From Macrostomum lignano (taxonomy: Eukaryota): a stretch of DNA of 64,000 nucleotides. The stretch covers positions 1 to 64,000 of the forward strand of contig NIVC01002617.1 in NCBI GenBank assembly GCA_002269645.1. Reading direction: 5' to 3'. The notes beneath the pieces are model-generated. The model was given only the letters and a program-made list of their open reading frames with translations. It ran no database searches and was not told the DNA's origin. The translations under genes were made by a program, and so were the position numbers. Every line of letters begins with the position of its first letter. Position 1 is the stretch's first letter. This document shows, piece after piece, positions 1-37,786 of this stretch.

Positions 1-232
1 GGATGGGATCACGCAGGATGGGATCACGCAGGATGGGATCACACGGGATGGGTGGATCACACGGGATGGGTGGATCACACGGAATGGTGGGATCACACAG
101 GGAGGATCACACGGGATGGATGGGATCACACAGGAGAATCACACAGGATGGGATCAGATAGGATGGGATCACACCGGGATGGATGGGATAACACAGGATG
201 GGATCACACAGGATGGATCACAGGCTACACCG
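1..232. repeat. Intronic minisatellite, ~14-15 bp unit GGATGGGATCACAC(G/A)
   Basis: Visible tandem array, truncated by the window start, ending just before the acceptor ctatgcag| at 252. Confidence 0.9.
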
Positions 233-252
233 GACCGCCTCATTCTATGCAG

Positions 253-3200
253 GGCCAGCTGGAGGCTCTGACGCGGCAGCAGACGTCCATCGCGAGCAAG
301 CGGAGGCGGCGGAGCGGCGCCAGTCAGAGCTGTCCGCAGAGTTGGATCGGGTCGCGCGATGAGGCTGAGTCTCTGAGCAAGCAGCTGGAGGAGCACGCGG
401 CTGCAGACGCGCCAATGCGAGGAGTGCATCCGGCAGTTGACCTCGAGCTGTCCACAGCCCAGTCGGAACTGGCCGCCAGCGCCGAGAGGCTCCGAAAGAA
501 GGAGGCTGAGCTGGCTGAGTCTGAGGGAAGGCTGGAGAGCAGGAGCTGCTGGCTAGCAAGGCGAAGGAGCGGAGCGGCAGGCCGCGGCTGAGTTGGCGGC
601 TTCCGGGACTCGCACCAGCGCAGCGACGCGGAGTTCGAGGAGGTACAGGGCCGCGCCGACGCACTAGCGCTGAAGCTGGATGAGCGCAGCGCCAATTGGC
701 CGCGCGGACTGCTCACGTGCAGGAGCTGCAGGAGGCGGCGCGGGACATGCGCAGCGAGCTGGCGTCGCGCGGGAGCAGAGACAGTCCAACGCATCCGAGT
801 TTGCCAAGCTGGAGCAGGCGGTGGGTTCATGACCGCAGTCCTATCGGTGTAGTGCACAATGCCCACACAAACTCTACCGTCAGTTTACGCAACCTTACTA
901 CTAATAAAAAACCCCTTCCATCAGTGTACATAGCCGCCATCATAAAACCCTAACCCCCATTTTACGCTGCCTCCAGTTCTAAAAACCCTACCCCCAGTGT
1001 ACATTTCCCTCAGTTCTAAAACTCTACCTCTGTGTACATTTCGCCAGTTCTAAAAACTTTACCCCCAGTGTACATTTCCCCAGTTCTAAAAACTCTACCC
1101 CCAGTGTACACTGCCCCTAGTTCTAAAAACTCTACCCCTGATGTACACTGCCCCAGTTTTAGAAACTCAACATAAACTCAACATGATATACAGTCTAGTG
1201 AATAATCCAACTCATAAATGTACATCGCCACTCCACAGTAACAACTCAAATAACTTCAAGCTTTCTAACTCCCGTTCCAACTCCGGCAGGTTCAGCAGCT
1301 GCAGCATCAGCTGTCTCGGCGCAGCAGAGACAGCAAGCAGACCAGGCTCGACTGCAAGAGTCTCAGTCGCGACTTGAAGCCGACGCTCAGCGTCATGCTG
1401 AGTTGGCAACATCTCTACGCCAGGAGTTATCGGCCAAGTCGGCGGAAGCCAACCGGCTGCGGGCGGACTACGACACGCTGAAGGATGCGACAGAGAAGAA
1501 GCTGGAGGAGCTGGAGCTGGCTGAGACGAGCCTCAGTGAATGCCAGGCAGAGCTGCGGGCCAGCGAGTGCGAGAAGGCCGACCTGGCCGCCGAGGTGGCT
1601 GCCTGGCAGCAGGAGGCGGACGCGGCCAAGCGGGAGCTGGCGGAGCTGCGCTCGCAGTCCAGGTGAGGGAGCGTCTTCATGATTTTGATGATGCGAAATT
1701 TCGAGCGAGCAAGATTTACAGCCGGTCTCTTTTTGACGAGCTAGCTCAGCAGTAAACCGGTAGCTCAGCAGTAAACCGGTAGCTCAGCAGTAAACCGGTA
1801 ACTCAGCAGTAAACCGGTAGCTCAGCAGTAAACCGGTAGCTCAGCAGAAAACCGGTAGCTCAGCAGTAAACCGGTAGCTCAGCAGTAAACCGGTAGCTCA
1901 GCAGTAAACCGGTAGCTCAGCAGTAAACCGGTAGCTCAGCAGTAAACCGGTAGCTCAGCAGTAAACCGGTAGCTCAGCAGTAAACCGTAGCTCAGCAGTA
2001 AACCGGTAGCTCAGCAGTAAACCGGTAGCTCAGCAGTAAACCGGTAGCTCAGCAGTAAACCGGTAGCTCAGCAGTAAACCCGTAGCTCAGCAGTAAACCG
2101 GTAGCTCAGCAGTAAACCGGTAGCTCAGCAGTAAACCGGTAGCTCAGCAGTAAACCGGTAGCTCAGCAGTAAACCGGTAGCTCAGCAGTAAACCGGTAAC
2201 TCAGCAGTAAACCGGTAGCTCAGCAGTAAACCGGTAGCTCAGCAGTAAAAGCGTCACTCCTTGGTTCGATTCCGTGCTCGGCCACATTCATTTGGGCTTG
2301 TGCACGCAAACTTGCCAACCCCAAAGGCACAGAGAGTGTACATGCCTGACGATTAGATAGTCAGGGCTGCTGTACACCCTGTGTGAGCTGTGTTTGAGTG
2401 CGTACAGTATTGGTACTCTTGCATGGGCTCAGAAGTCAGCGAATGGGCAGAATTGCCTCAGCGCGGGCTGTTGGACGATTTCACCGATGGCGTTGCGCCA
2501 GGGTGCCCGTAGCCTTCCTGTGAATATTTATTTTATGGCGATGCCTTTTTGACGATACGATGTTTTGAGATTTTTACAGGAGCAACACGCTAATCTCTGA
2601 TCCTCACTTCCAGAGAGTCCACTCGCTTAGCGGAGCTTCAAGAGGAGAAGGCTGAGCAGCTCAGCCAGCAGGTGGCCCAACTGCAGTCGGAGGTGGCCGC
2701 CAAGGCGCAGGAGGCGGCGCAGCACGAGGCGGCGGCCAGCCGGGCCGGGGCGGAGCTGCGCCTGTTGCAGGAGCGATGCGCGGCCAGCGAAGCCGAGCTC
2801 GCCGATCAGCGCGCCTCGGTTGAGCGGCTGCGACGCGACGTGCTGTCGGTGAAGGAGGAGGCGCACAGCTCCGCTCAGGAGGCTCAGTCGCAGCGGCAGC
2901 GGTTGCAGAAGGCCGAGGTGGAGGTTGAAGGTCATCGAGAGCACGAGCGGCTGCTGGCTAGGCAGGTTGAGCAGCAGGAGCAACTGCTGGTGCAGCTGCA
3001 AGCTGAGCTCAAGCTGGAGCGGTCCAGGAGCGCCGATATCGGCAAGCAGTTCGCCGCCACTCGACGGCTTGTGAGCGAACTGCAGGACGAGCTGGAGACC
3101 GGCCGGCGCTGCGAGAAGGACCTGGTCGCGCGGAGCAAGGAGCGGGAGCAGAGCCTGGCCGAGCTCACCGAGGAGCTCGAGGCCATGGGCGAGCGGCTCC

Positions 3201-6200
3201 GGCAGATGCACGAGAGCGGCGCTGAGAAGGACGTCGCGGCGAGGGCGCTGCGGCAGCAACTGCAGGCCGCCTTGAAGGAGGCTGGACAGCGGGGCGAGGA
3301 GGTGAAACGGCTGCTGGAGCAGGTGAGCGAGATTGATTGGCCAGCTGAAGTGTGGTCAAGTTAAGCACAGTTGTCTATGGTTAGTACGCAGTTGAATCGG
3401 CTTGCGTTGTTTCGAATCACTCAAGTAAGCCCCTCCACTGTGGTCTGAAGTGGCTTGGCAGCAGCTCTGAGCTGCGGTAGAAAGAGGATTGAGTTGTACT
3501 AACCTGAGGAGGGCATAGTCTAGTGGTCCAGCGCGGCGCTCTGATGTGCCAGCAGCCCAGGCTCGATTTCAAGTGCAGTCACATTAATTTGAGGCTAAAT
3601 TGGAATCTCAGCTTGGCTCTGCTCGTGCATTTAACGCTCTTGAGAGCCAACCCCAAGGCACAGTGAAGTGTATATGCCAACGATAAATAAAGTTAGGGCC
3701 GCTGTACACTCCTGTGAGTCTGTGCCTGTGCGTATGACTGCGTACGTATCCGTGCGCTTGTGTGCCTGCTCAGGGGAGTCGGCGGAATGGTCAGTAATGC
3801 CAATGGTGTAAAAATGTCGCCTGAAGTGCGCCAGGGTGCACACAACCCCCTGCCTCTGATGAAAAAGTTATACTGACCTGTACCCAAGGCCTCGGATGCG
3901 ACATTCACTATTTCAATCCTACCACCCGGCCGCAGGTGTCCACTCTGCAGCGCCAGCTCGCAGACCGGGAGGCGGCGACAACGCGGCTGAACGCCGAGCT
4001 GAGCGAACGCCAGAGGGCAGCTGAGGAGCTTCAACGCCAGCTGCAGTCGGCCCAGTCTGCTAATAAAGAATCGGCACAAAGTCTGGACGAGCGCGGCCGG
4101 GAGCTGGTCCGCCTGCGGCAGGAGTCCGCCCGACGGACGCGCAGGCCGCCAGCCTGGCCGAGCAGCTGGCCGGCGCGGAGGAGGCGGCGCGTAGGGCGAG
4201 GGAGGACGCGGCGCGAGTCTACGAGACGGTGCAACGGGTCGAGGAAGCCAAGGCGGAGATGGCGCGCCGTCTGGAGCAGACTGACAAGGACAAGCGGCGG
4301 GCCGAGGAGCGGGCGCAGCAGCTGGCCGGGGAGCTGTCCGAGCGGGAGGAGGAGCTGGTGGTGCTCAAGGTGAGGCCTGGTTTCTACTGGGATAAAAAGT
4401 TAGCGACTCGCTAAAAACTCTCCTCTTCCAGCCTTCCAACCCCATTTCTCCAGCCTCATTCTTTCGGCCTCATCCTTCCAGCCTCATCCTTCCAGCCTCA
4501 TCCTTCCAGCCTCATCCTTCCAGCCTCATCCTTCCAGCCTCATCCTTCCAGCCTCGTCCTTCCAGCCTCGTCCTTCCAGCCTCGTCCTTCCAGCCTCATC
4601 CTTCCAGCCTCATCCTTCCAGCCTCATCCTTCCAGCCTCGTCCTTCCAGCCTCGTCCTTCCAGCCTCATCCTTCCAGCCTCGTCCTTCCAGCCTCGTCCT
4701 TCCAGCCTCATCCTTCCAGCCTCGTCCTTCCAGCCTCGTCCTTCCAGCCTCATCCTTCCAGCTTCATCCCCCTTCAACTCCCCTGCCAGGTGGACAACAC
4801 CGGCCTCAGTGAGCGCCTGCGCGCCCGCCAAGACGAGCTGGACCAGGCCAAGGCCTCGCTGCAGCAGCTGCACGATGAGTGCGGCAACCTTCGCATGGCC
4901 CTGGAGGACAGCCGGGCCAACGCCGAGCGGCTCCATCGCGACAGCGAGCTGGTGGTGAGCAACGTGAACACCTGGGTGGCCGATCAGAAGGCAGCCAACG
5001 AGAAGCTTGGCAAGAAGATCCGGGAGCAGAGCCGGGCAATAGCGGCCCTGCAGCAGGAGCGGGACAAGCTGGCCGACCAGGCTGAGCAGCTGCGCGGCCA
5101 GCTCGGCCAGGCCAAGCCGGTGGATCTGGACAAATTCCGGGCCTTGCAAAGCCATTCGGCTCAGCAGCAGGCGCTGCTCAACCAGCTGAGAACTCGGCTG
5201 CACGACTGCGAGCTGGGCGACACGGATCGGGCGGCGGCGCTGGAGGAGCTGCACGGCCGGCTGCGGGACAGCACCGACTCTGTGAGCCGGCTGAACCAGC
5301 AGATTAACCAGCTGCAGAAGGAGAACCGGCAGCTGCGCAGCGAGCTGGAGCGGGAGAGGCTGGCCGCGCAGTCCTACAGGGTGCAGGCGGAGAGCCGCGA
5401 CCAGACTGTCGGCGCGTTGAAGGCGCAGCTTGAGGCGCGGGCGTTTCAGGTGTTCTTCGACGATCAGGCGGTGAGCAGGGAGGCTCGGGCCCGGTTTTTC
5501 TTTAACTTTAAAATCTAATCTGTTCTTTTTGGTGTACTTTTGGTGACCCTAAATGACCCTCAATAGGATGCCAGGTGCTTTTAAAAGCGACCAGAAAAGT
5601 GTGAGAGGTTTTATAGTTATATTATAACCTTGTATTTAATTAGCCATAAACTTTCAGTGAGACTGAGGACTGAAGCTAGTCATTACCTTGAGATGACCTC
5701 TGAGCAACCAGAGAGTGACCTTAGGGGCAACCAAAGAGTGACCTTAGTGACAACCAAAGAGTGACCTTAGTGACAACCAGAGTGACCTTAGTGACAACCA
5801 AAGAGTGACCTTAGTGGCAACCAAAGAGTGACCTTAGTGGCAACCAAAGAGTGACCTTAGTGGCAACCAAAGAGTGACCTTAGGGGCAACCAAAGAGTGA
5901 CCTTACGGGCAACCAAAGAGTGACCTTAGTGGCAACCAAAGAGTGACCTTAGGGGCAACCAAAGAGTGACCTTACGGGCAACCAAAGAGTGACCTTAGTG
6001 GCAACCAAAGAGTGACCTTAGTGACAACCAAAGAGTGACCTTAGTGGCAACCAAAGAGTGACCTTAGTGGCAACCAAAGAGTGACCTTAGTGGCAACCAA
6101 AGAGTGACCTTAGTGGCAACCAAAGAGTGACCTTAGTGGCAACCAAAGAGTGACCTTAGTGGCAACCAAAGAGTGACCTTAGTGGCAACCAAAGAGTGAC

Positions 6201-7660
6201 CTTAGGGGCAACCAAAGAGTGACCTTACGGGCAACCAAAGAGTGACCTTAGTGGCAACCAAAGAGTGACCTTAGGGGCAACCAAAGAGTGACCTTACGGG
6301 CAACCAAAGAGTGACCTTAGTGGCAACCAAAGAGTGACCTTAGTGGCAACCAGACAGTGGTCCTAAGAACTGAAGTTATAAAAAGTAAAAACAACAATGA
6401 GATGATGACCTTAGCGATGACCTGAGAGTGGCTGAAGTTATAGTGATGACCTTTAAATGACCCCGTTGGTGGTGAACAGAAGCAATTGGAAAGTTTTCTT
6501 AATAAGGCATTTTTATAAGATATTAAAAATATTCACGCGAATATTTCTAGTGCTAAAACTTTCCTCTGATTTTCCCCTTTGTCTTATATTGTTATTTCCA
6601 ACTCCTTTCCCGTTTCATCTTGCATTGATTAGATTAGTCGGCTCGCATGCCCAGCACAAACCCGATAGTTTATTAAGATGCACATGTACACTATAAATTT
6701 AGTGTGCTATTAGTTTAAAATATTTTAGCTCTTTGTTACTGATTAAAATTTCATTTCAGGCCGCCAATCTTGGTTTGTCCAACGTTGATCGAGAAAAAGT
6801 ACGTTGCTTACTCTACAGCCTACTTATTAGTAGAAATGCGTGAATACTTAACCTATTTTTATTTTTCTTTATCAATTTACTTTACTGTACTAACACTAAA
6901 AAGTGCTAATTTATTCTAATTTAAGCTTGTTTAGGGATACTTTGTTGATCCATGTACCCCCTGTTGGAGCCCCTGATAACCCCTGTTGGCGCCACAAATA
7001 AGCCTATCATGAAGTTGACCTTGTAGCCTCGCAAATTTTACTTCTTTTATATTCAGATTCGCTCCGCTGTTGAAAGCGCGATGAAGGAGGCTGGAGTGTC
7101 CGATGCGAGCCAGCTGGACAAGAACTACTGGATTAGCCGGTGTAGCGAGGTGAGCAGCTCTCACAACATTGAGTTGGGTTGAGTTGGGTCACAACACAGA
7201 CTTGATTTGGGCTAAAGCGATTTCATTTGAACTTTGCCATTTCAGTCAGTCCCTCTTGAGCCTTGGCATCTCAGTAATTATTCCCCCCTTGAGTCTTGGC
7301 ATCTCAGTAATTCCCCTTGAGTCTTGGCATCTCAGTAATTCCCCTTGAGTCTTGGCATCTCAGTAATTCCCCCTTGAGTCTTGGCATCTCAGTATTCCCC
7401 TTGAGTCTTGGCATCTCAGTAATTCCTCCCTTGAGTCTTGGCATCTGAATAATAAGTCTTGGCATCTGAGTAATTCCCCTTGAGTCTTGTCATCCCAGCA
7501 ATTTATTAAGGTATTTTCGCCTTAATTAGCTCAGCCCGGGCCAATATTTCAGCTGTCAGGCCAGCTGCAGCGGAGCGGCGAGTACTGGGGCGACAAAGTC
7601 CGCGAGCTGTCCGCCCGGCTCGAGCGAGCATCTCAAGCTGACGCGTCCAAGCAGCCGTGA
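253..7660 (+). CDS. Long coiled-coil protein, 3' part of a multi-exon gene (possibly PMFBP1-like invertebrate family). Exons about 253-820, 1290-1662, 2614-3322, 3936-4369, 4790-5470, 6760-6798, 7057-7149, 7553-7660
   Basis: GC-rich exons bounded by AG/GT, encoding E/Q/L/R/A heptad-rich sequence. The later exons join in phase to give ...IRSAVESAMKEAGVSDASQLDKNYWISRCSE|LSGQLQRSGEYWGDKVRELSARLERASQADASKQP*. Several 1-bp frameshifts occur in the first exons. The family assignment is from memory only. Confidence 0.8.
975..1165. repeat. Intronic minisatellite, ~36-37 bp unit (TCTAAAAACTCTACCCCCAGTGTACATTTCCCCAGT)
   Basis: About 5 visible tandem units. Confidence 0.8.
1737..2530 (+). mobile_element. 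tRNA-derived SINE whose head contains a 19-bp tandem expansion
   Basis: A-box TAGCTCAGCAG, B-box GGTTCGATTCC at 2263-2273, and CGAGC (1737-1741) pairing with GCTCG (2276-2280) followed by GCCA. The body from ~2310 is homologous to the SINE at 3510-3868. Confidence 0.75.
1742..2249 (+). repeat. 19-bp minisatellite (CCGGTAGCTCAGCAGTAAA), ~27 copies
   Basis: Near-perfect tandem array. Confidence 0.95.
3510..3868 (+). mobile_element. tRNA-derived SINE copy
   Basis: A-box TAGTCTAGTGG and B-box-like GGCTCGATTTC. About 360 bp, closely similar to the reverse-strand copies at 16123-16457 and 34105-34470. Confidence 0.8.
4471..4765. repeat. 14-bp intronic minisatellite C(A/G)TCCTTCCAGCCT, ~21 copies
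   Basis: Tandem array ending ~25 bp before the acceptor at 4789. Confidence 0.95.
5705..6352. repeat. 23-bp intronic minisatellite GTGACCTTAGTGGCAACCAAAGA, ~28 copies
   Basis: Visible tandem array. Confidence 0.95.
7250..7495. repeat. ~27-bp intronic minisatellite CCCTTGAGTCTTGGCATCTCAGTAATT
   Basis: About 8 units in the last intron of the coiled-coil gene. Confidence 0.9.
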
Positions 7661-8729
7661 ATGCCGGCCGAATATCAGCTGATTAAATCCGATTCGAATT
7701 TCCAATCAGCCTTTGTATTTTTATACAGTAGTGTAGCCGTCCAAATACCTGTAGCTCTTCCTCTGAACAAAGTTGTCTGTCTGTCTGTCTGCATGCCTTC
7801 TCATAAACAGTCGGATTATAAACTCACAAAAAACAAGTCTATTTTTCTATACCAAATTGATTAAAAATCTTTTAATTGATTCTGCTCTGTAGCTTAAGGA
7901 TTTACATTGATCTGATTGTTAAACAAAAGTTGCTTTGTCAAGGTTCGCTACCATTTGTTTTACTTTACCAATGTTAATGGCTGAACTGAATTGGTCTGAG
8001 ATTGTGGCTGGCCTGCAAGCTCACCCTCAATCTGCTGTGTTGCTTTTTTATGTCCTTTTCCAAGCTGAGATTAAAAATCGTCGACAGATGTTCTTGGTAA
8101 TGGAGCCTAAACATGTATTCGAGAACGCATTGATCGCTTAATGGGGTTTCGGCCATAGACTGAAATTCAGCGAAGAGTGACCCGATTTCTCCATGAGCAT
8201 TCTAGTTTAGTTATCCAATAGTGCTTTATACACTACTTAGTTTAGTGTGAATAGCACATTAGTCTGCATAGAATGTTTATATAAATTCTCTATTAGTGTC
8301 GAACATGCGATTGTTCACTTTACAGGTTAAAGGCTCAGAAAATGTACTTCAATATTGCCTACGCCTACATAAAAGCATACTAATATAATAATAAAGATAT
8401 GGCATTTTTTGAAATAAAAGTTAATGAATAGATCTTGTAGTAGAAATCAATTTTAGCTTGTTCTTCGGGTTGCGCATATTTCTGTCTATATCAATTACTC
8501 TGAATTAGTTTGATCAAGCACTTGACTGTACAATATGCTTCAACTGTAAGCCGCTAGCTTTTAACTAAATAAATTTATACATCATCGTGATAACATTAAT
8601 GAATTTGTACCATTGTTCTCCTGCATACATACTCTTTACATACTATTCATCTTTCTTTTGTGATGTTTTTTTTAGTTTGGAGTCTGTTAGTAATCATTTC
8701 TCTGAATAAAATATTCCTTAAAAGAACTC

Positions 8730-8942
8730 ACTGAAGATCTGGACTGGATGCAGTGACTGAAGATCTGGGCTGGATGCAGTGACTGAAGATCTGGGCTGGA
8801 TGCAGTGACTGAAGATCTGGGCTGGATGCAGTGACTGAAGATCTGGGCTGGATGCAGTGACTGAAGATCTGGGCTGGATGCAGTGACTGAAGATCTGGGC
8901 TGGATGCAGTGACTGAAGATCTGGGCTGGATGCAGTGACTGA
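8730..8942. repeat. 26-bp minisatellite GACTGAAGATCTGGGCTGGATGCAGT
   Basis: About 8 near-perfect units. Confidence 0.95.
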
Positions 8943-9174
8943 GTTAGGGGACATCAAAGATTCAGGGCTGGACACAGTTTGTTTAAATTTCCAGACGAGA
9001 ATAGCAGATCGGTGACTGGCCAGTGAAGCTAAAAGAACGGATTTAAATGTTCAAAAGAATCGGAAGTTTGATCAGAATTATACTTTTAAATCCGCGCCTT
9101 AATTATTGAAATTGTTTATTTTATTAGTTAATACGTTCTTCAAATCGGAGAACAAAGACTTAAAACGACACAAA

Positions 9175-9672
9175 AGCCGCTCTGTTCTCATCAAAACCCG
9201 CTGTGTTCTCATCAAAACCCGCTCTGTTCTCATCAAAACCCGCTCTGTTCTCATCAAAACCCGCTCTGTTCTCATCAAAACCCGCTCTGTTCTCATCAAA
9301 ACCCGCCCTGGTCTCATCAAAACCCGCTCTGTTCTCATCAAAACCCGCTCTGTTCTCATCAAAAGTCGCTCTGTTCTCATAAAAACCCGCTATGTTCTCA
9401 TCAAAACCCGCTCTGTTCTCATCAAAACCCGCTCTGTTCTCATCAAAACCCGCTCTGTTCTCATCAAAACCCGCTATGTTCTCATCAAAACCCGCTCTGT
9501 TCTCATCAAAAGCCGCTCTGGTCTCATCAAAAGCCGCTCTGTTCTCATCAAAAGCCGCTCTGTTCTCATCAAAACCCGCTGTGTTCTCATAAAAACCCGC
9601 TATGTTCTCATCAAAAGCCGCTCTGTTCTCATCAAAAGCCGCTCTGTTCTCATCAAAAGCCGCTCTGTTCTA
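9175..9672. repeat. 21-bp minisatellite CGCTCTGTTCTCATCAAAACC, ~23 copies
   Basis: Tandem array. The unit is a multiple of 3, which produces the spurious repetitive ORFs. Confidence 0.95.
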
Positions 9673-9684
9673 ATCTCAGTCAGA

Positions 9685-10023
<339 letters not shown>

Positions 10024-10246
10024 TTAAGCAAATTCTTTGTATTTTATCGTTTTGTTAACGTAGCTATGTGCAGATTATTGTAGTTGGGTGTATTATGAAA
10101 TACCAAATATCATCTCAGCTGTCGACCTCTATGGGCCAGATGCTATTTTTAGAACTTCCATTTTCTTGTTTTTTACGTCCAGTTTAAAAATGATTTGTTA
10201 TCTAAAAACTCAATGTGATTAGGAAATTCAATTATGTTTATTATCG

Positions 10247-35003
<24,757 letters not shown>

Positions 35004-36379
35004 GCAGAAGCAGCAGCACTTCTTGGTTGAGACCAAACAGATTTGGAGACTGAGAGAAGAGAAGGTTGGCGGCGCGCTTTCTGTTTATTTGTTTTTTAGT
35101 TTGTCAATAGTTGAAACCTTGACTACTCGAGAGTTACAATAAAACTGACTAATTAGTTCGGATTGTACAAGAAATAGAAAAAAAAGAGAAAATTCAATGA
35201 ATCCATTTTTCTGTTGAACTGCTCTTTAATTTCCCGTATTCCAATATTTATCCCAATATATTGCTACTATTTTTATATAATTTCTCTGTTAAAATATTTG
35301 TAGCTTTATTCTGCAAAAACAGAAGTTTTTTTCCTAAACAGTTTTTCAAAATTGATTTGTTGTTTGTTCATCAGCTATGAATATCCTTTGGACGATTACG
35401 ATTATCTTATATTGTTATCTTGAGGATAATAAGATTTCTTCGCTCCTACTTTGTTTGGGTTTAGTAATAAGTAGTATCTAAAGCTTCTTTCTTACAATTT
35501 TAGTTATAAAAATAAATATGAAGATGAATAAAATTGCGCCGGTCTCTGGTACTGGTAACGATTTATCTATTTATTTCTGCTCTATATCTTCATATTCTGT
35601 GTACAGACCTTATATATGCGTACTACTGGTATAAATGCAGAATTTATAATTAAGTACATTAACTGACAGTGTTCGTTGCGAGGGGTAGACTCGCCAATTG
35701 GCAGAATAACTTCTTTATTGTCCCACTATTTGTATTGGATTTATTCAGATGCTGATTGCGGCAAGCCCTCTTGGTCGCATTGTGCCCCCCTCTCTGTACT
35801 ATTAAACAGTACAAATTATTATAATATATGGATGTACTAGCTGCTTCATCAACTATATCTAATTACTGTGATTACGACTGCACAGTGTCTCTATTACTTA
35901 TTAACATATTCATATATCTACTTCGCTATAATTGTCCTATTAAAATGAAAAATAAAAAAGCAACCAGTTTTTTATTTTAATATAATTACGAGTAGCATAA
36001 TGCAAAAGAATATATTTCTGTCATTTTCTGTTGCACATTAATAAAAAACGAGGTGAAAAATTGTGTTCTCTAATTTGTGCTAAAACAATCAGCTTTGTGG
36101 GTTGTATGAACACCAGTCCAATTGCAGCAGTTGACCTTGACTTTCAAATCTTCTGACAAGCCTCTAGAAAATTTTTGTGCTCAAGCTCGATCAAAGCGGA
36201 ATCGAAACCGGGATTTCGGTGCGAGAGCCACCGGTTTTGTCCTCTTGGAAAGGAAGAGAATCATTGTTTTCTTAAATGATATTGTTCTGCTCTTTGAACA
36301 TACTGTACAAAATTTCTATATACATTGGATCTCAGCCGTTGCCGGTTTGTAAATAAAGTGCATTCGCTAAATATGCATT

Positions 36380-36712
36380 GGCTACTCGGGCGCCGATATC
36401 TCCATAGTGGTTCGCGACGCCCTAATGATGCCCGTGCGCAAAGTGCAAAACGCCACTCATTTCAAGCGCGTCTCCGGGCCTTCCCGCAAAGATCCAGGCG
36501 TGATCGTGCACGACCTGCTGACTCCGTGCAGCCCGGGCGAGCCTGGCGCTATCGAAATGTCCTGGACCGACATCGAAGGCGACAAGCTGCTGGAGCCGAT
36601 GATGACTATGCAGGACGTGCTGCTCAGTCTTAGCCGAACCAAGCCCACTGTTAATGACGAAGATCTCGAACAGTTGAAGAAGTTTACGAACGACTTTGGT
36701 CAGGAAGGCTAA
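36380..36712 (+). pseudogene. Duplicated 3' part of the VPS4 last exon, lacking its acceptor
   Basis: Identical translation ...[21 protein letters not shown]...FGQEG*. Confidence 0.85.
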
Positions 36713-37786
36713 GCAGAAGCAGCAGCACTTCTTGGTTGAGACCAAACAGATTTGGAGACTGAGAGAAGAGAAGGTTGGCGGCGCGCTTTCTGTTTATTTG
36801 TTTTTTAGTTTGTCAATAGTTGAAACCTTGACTACTCGAGAGTTACAATAAAACTGACTAATTAGTTCGGATTGTACAAGAAATAGAAAAAAAAGAGAAA
36901 ATTCAATGAATCCATTTTTCTGTTGAACTGCTCTTTAATTTCCCGTATTCCAATATTTATCCCAATATATTGCTACTATTTTTATATAATTTCTCTGTTA
37001 AAATATTTGTAGCTTTATTCTGCAAAAACAGAAGTTTTTTTCCTAAACAGTTTTTCAAAATTGATTTGTTGTTTGTTCATCAGCTATGAATATCCTTTGG
37101 ACGATTACGATTATCTTATATTGTTATCTTGAGGATAATAAGATTTCTTCGCTCCTACTTTGTTTGGGTTTAGTAATAAGTAGTATCTAAAGCTTCTTTC
37201 TTACAATTTTAGTTATAAAAATAAATATGAAGATGAATAAAATTGCGCCGGTCTCTGGTACTGGTAACGATTTATCTATTTATTTCTGCTCTATATCTTC
37301 ATATTCTGTGTACAGACCTTATATATGCGTACTACTGGTATAAATGCAGAATTTATAATTAAGTACATTAACTGACAGTGTTCGTTGCGAGGGGTAGACT
37401 CGCCAATTGGCAGAATAACTTCTTTATTGTCCCACTATTTGTATTGGATTTATTCAGATGCTGATTGCGGCAAGCCCTCTTGGTCGCATTGTGCCCCCCT
37501 CTCTGTACTATTAAACAGTACAAATTATTATAATATATGGATGTACTAGCTGCTTCATCAACTATATCTAATTACTGTGATTACGACTGCACAGTGTCTC
37601 TATTACTTATTAACATATTCATATATCTACTTCGCTATAATTGTCCTATTAAAATGAAAAATAAAAAAGCAACCAGTTTTTTATTTTAATATAATTACGA
37701 GTAGCATAATGCAAAAGAATATATTTCTGTCATTTTCTGTTGCACATTAATAAAATACGAGGTGAAAAATTGTGTTCTCTAATTTG

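Noticed and set aside
1742-2249. CRISPR-like array
   Set aside because: Units are contiguous with no unique spacers, the context is eukaryotic and there are no cas genes.
1737-2284. Functional tRNA gene
   Set aside because: No intact anticodon arm, the D-arm is expanded, and the sequence continues into a SINE body.
2627-5254. Long antisense ORFs opposite the coiled-coil exons (similarly opposite VPS4, the GPCR, MAST and MICU)
   Set aside because: Expected shadow ORFs of GC-rich coding sequence with no protein-like features.
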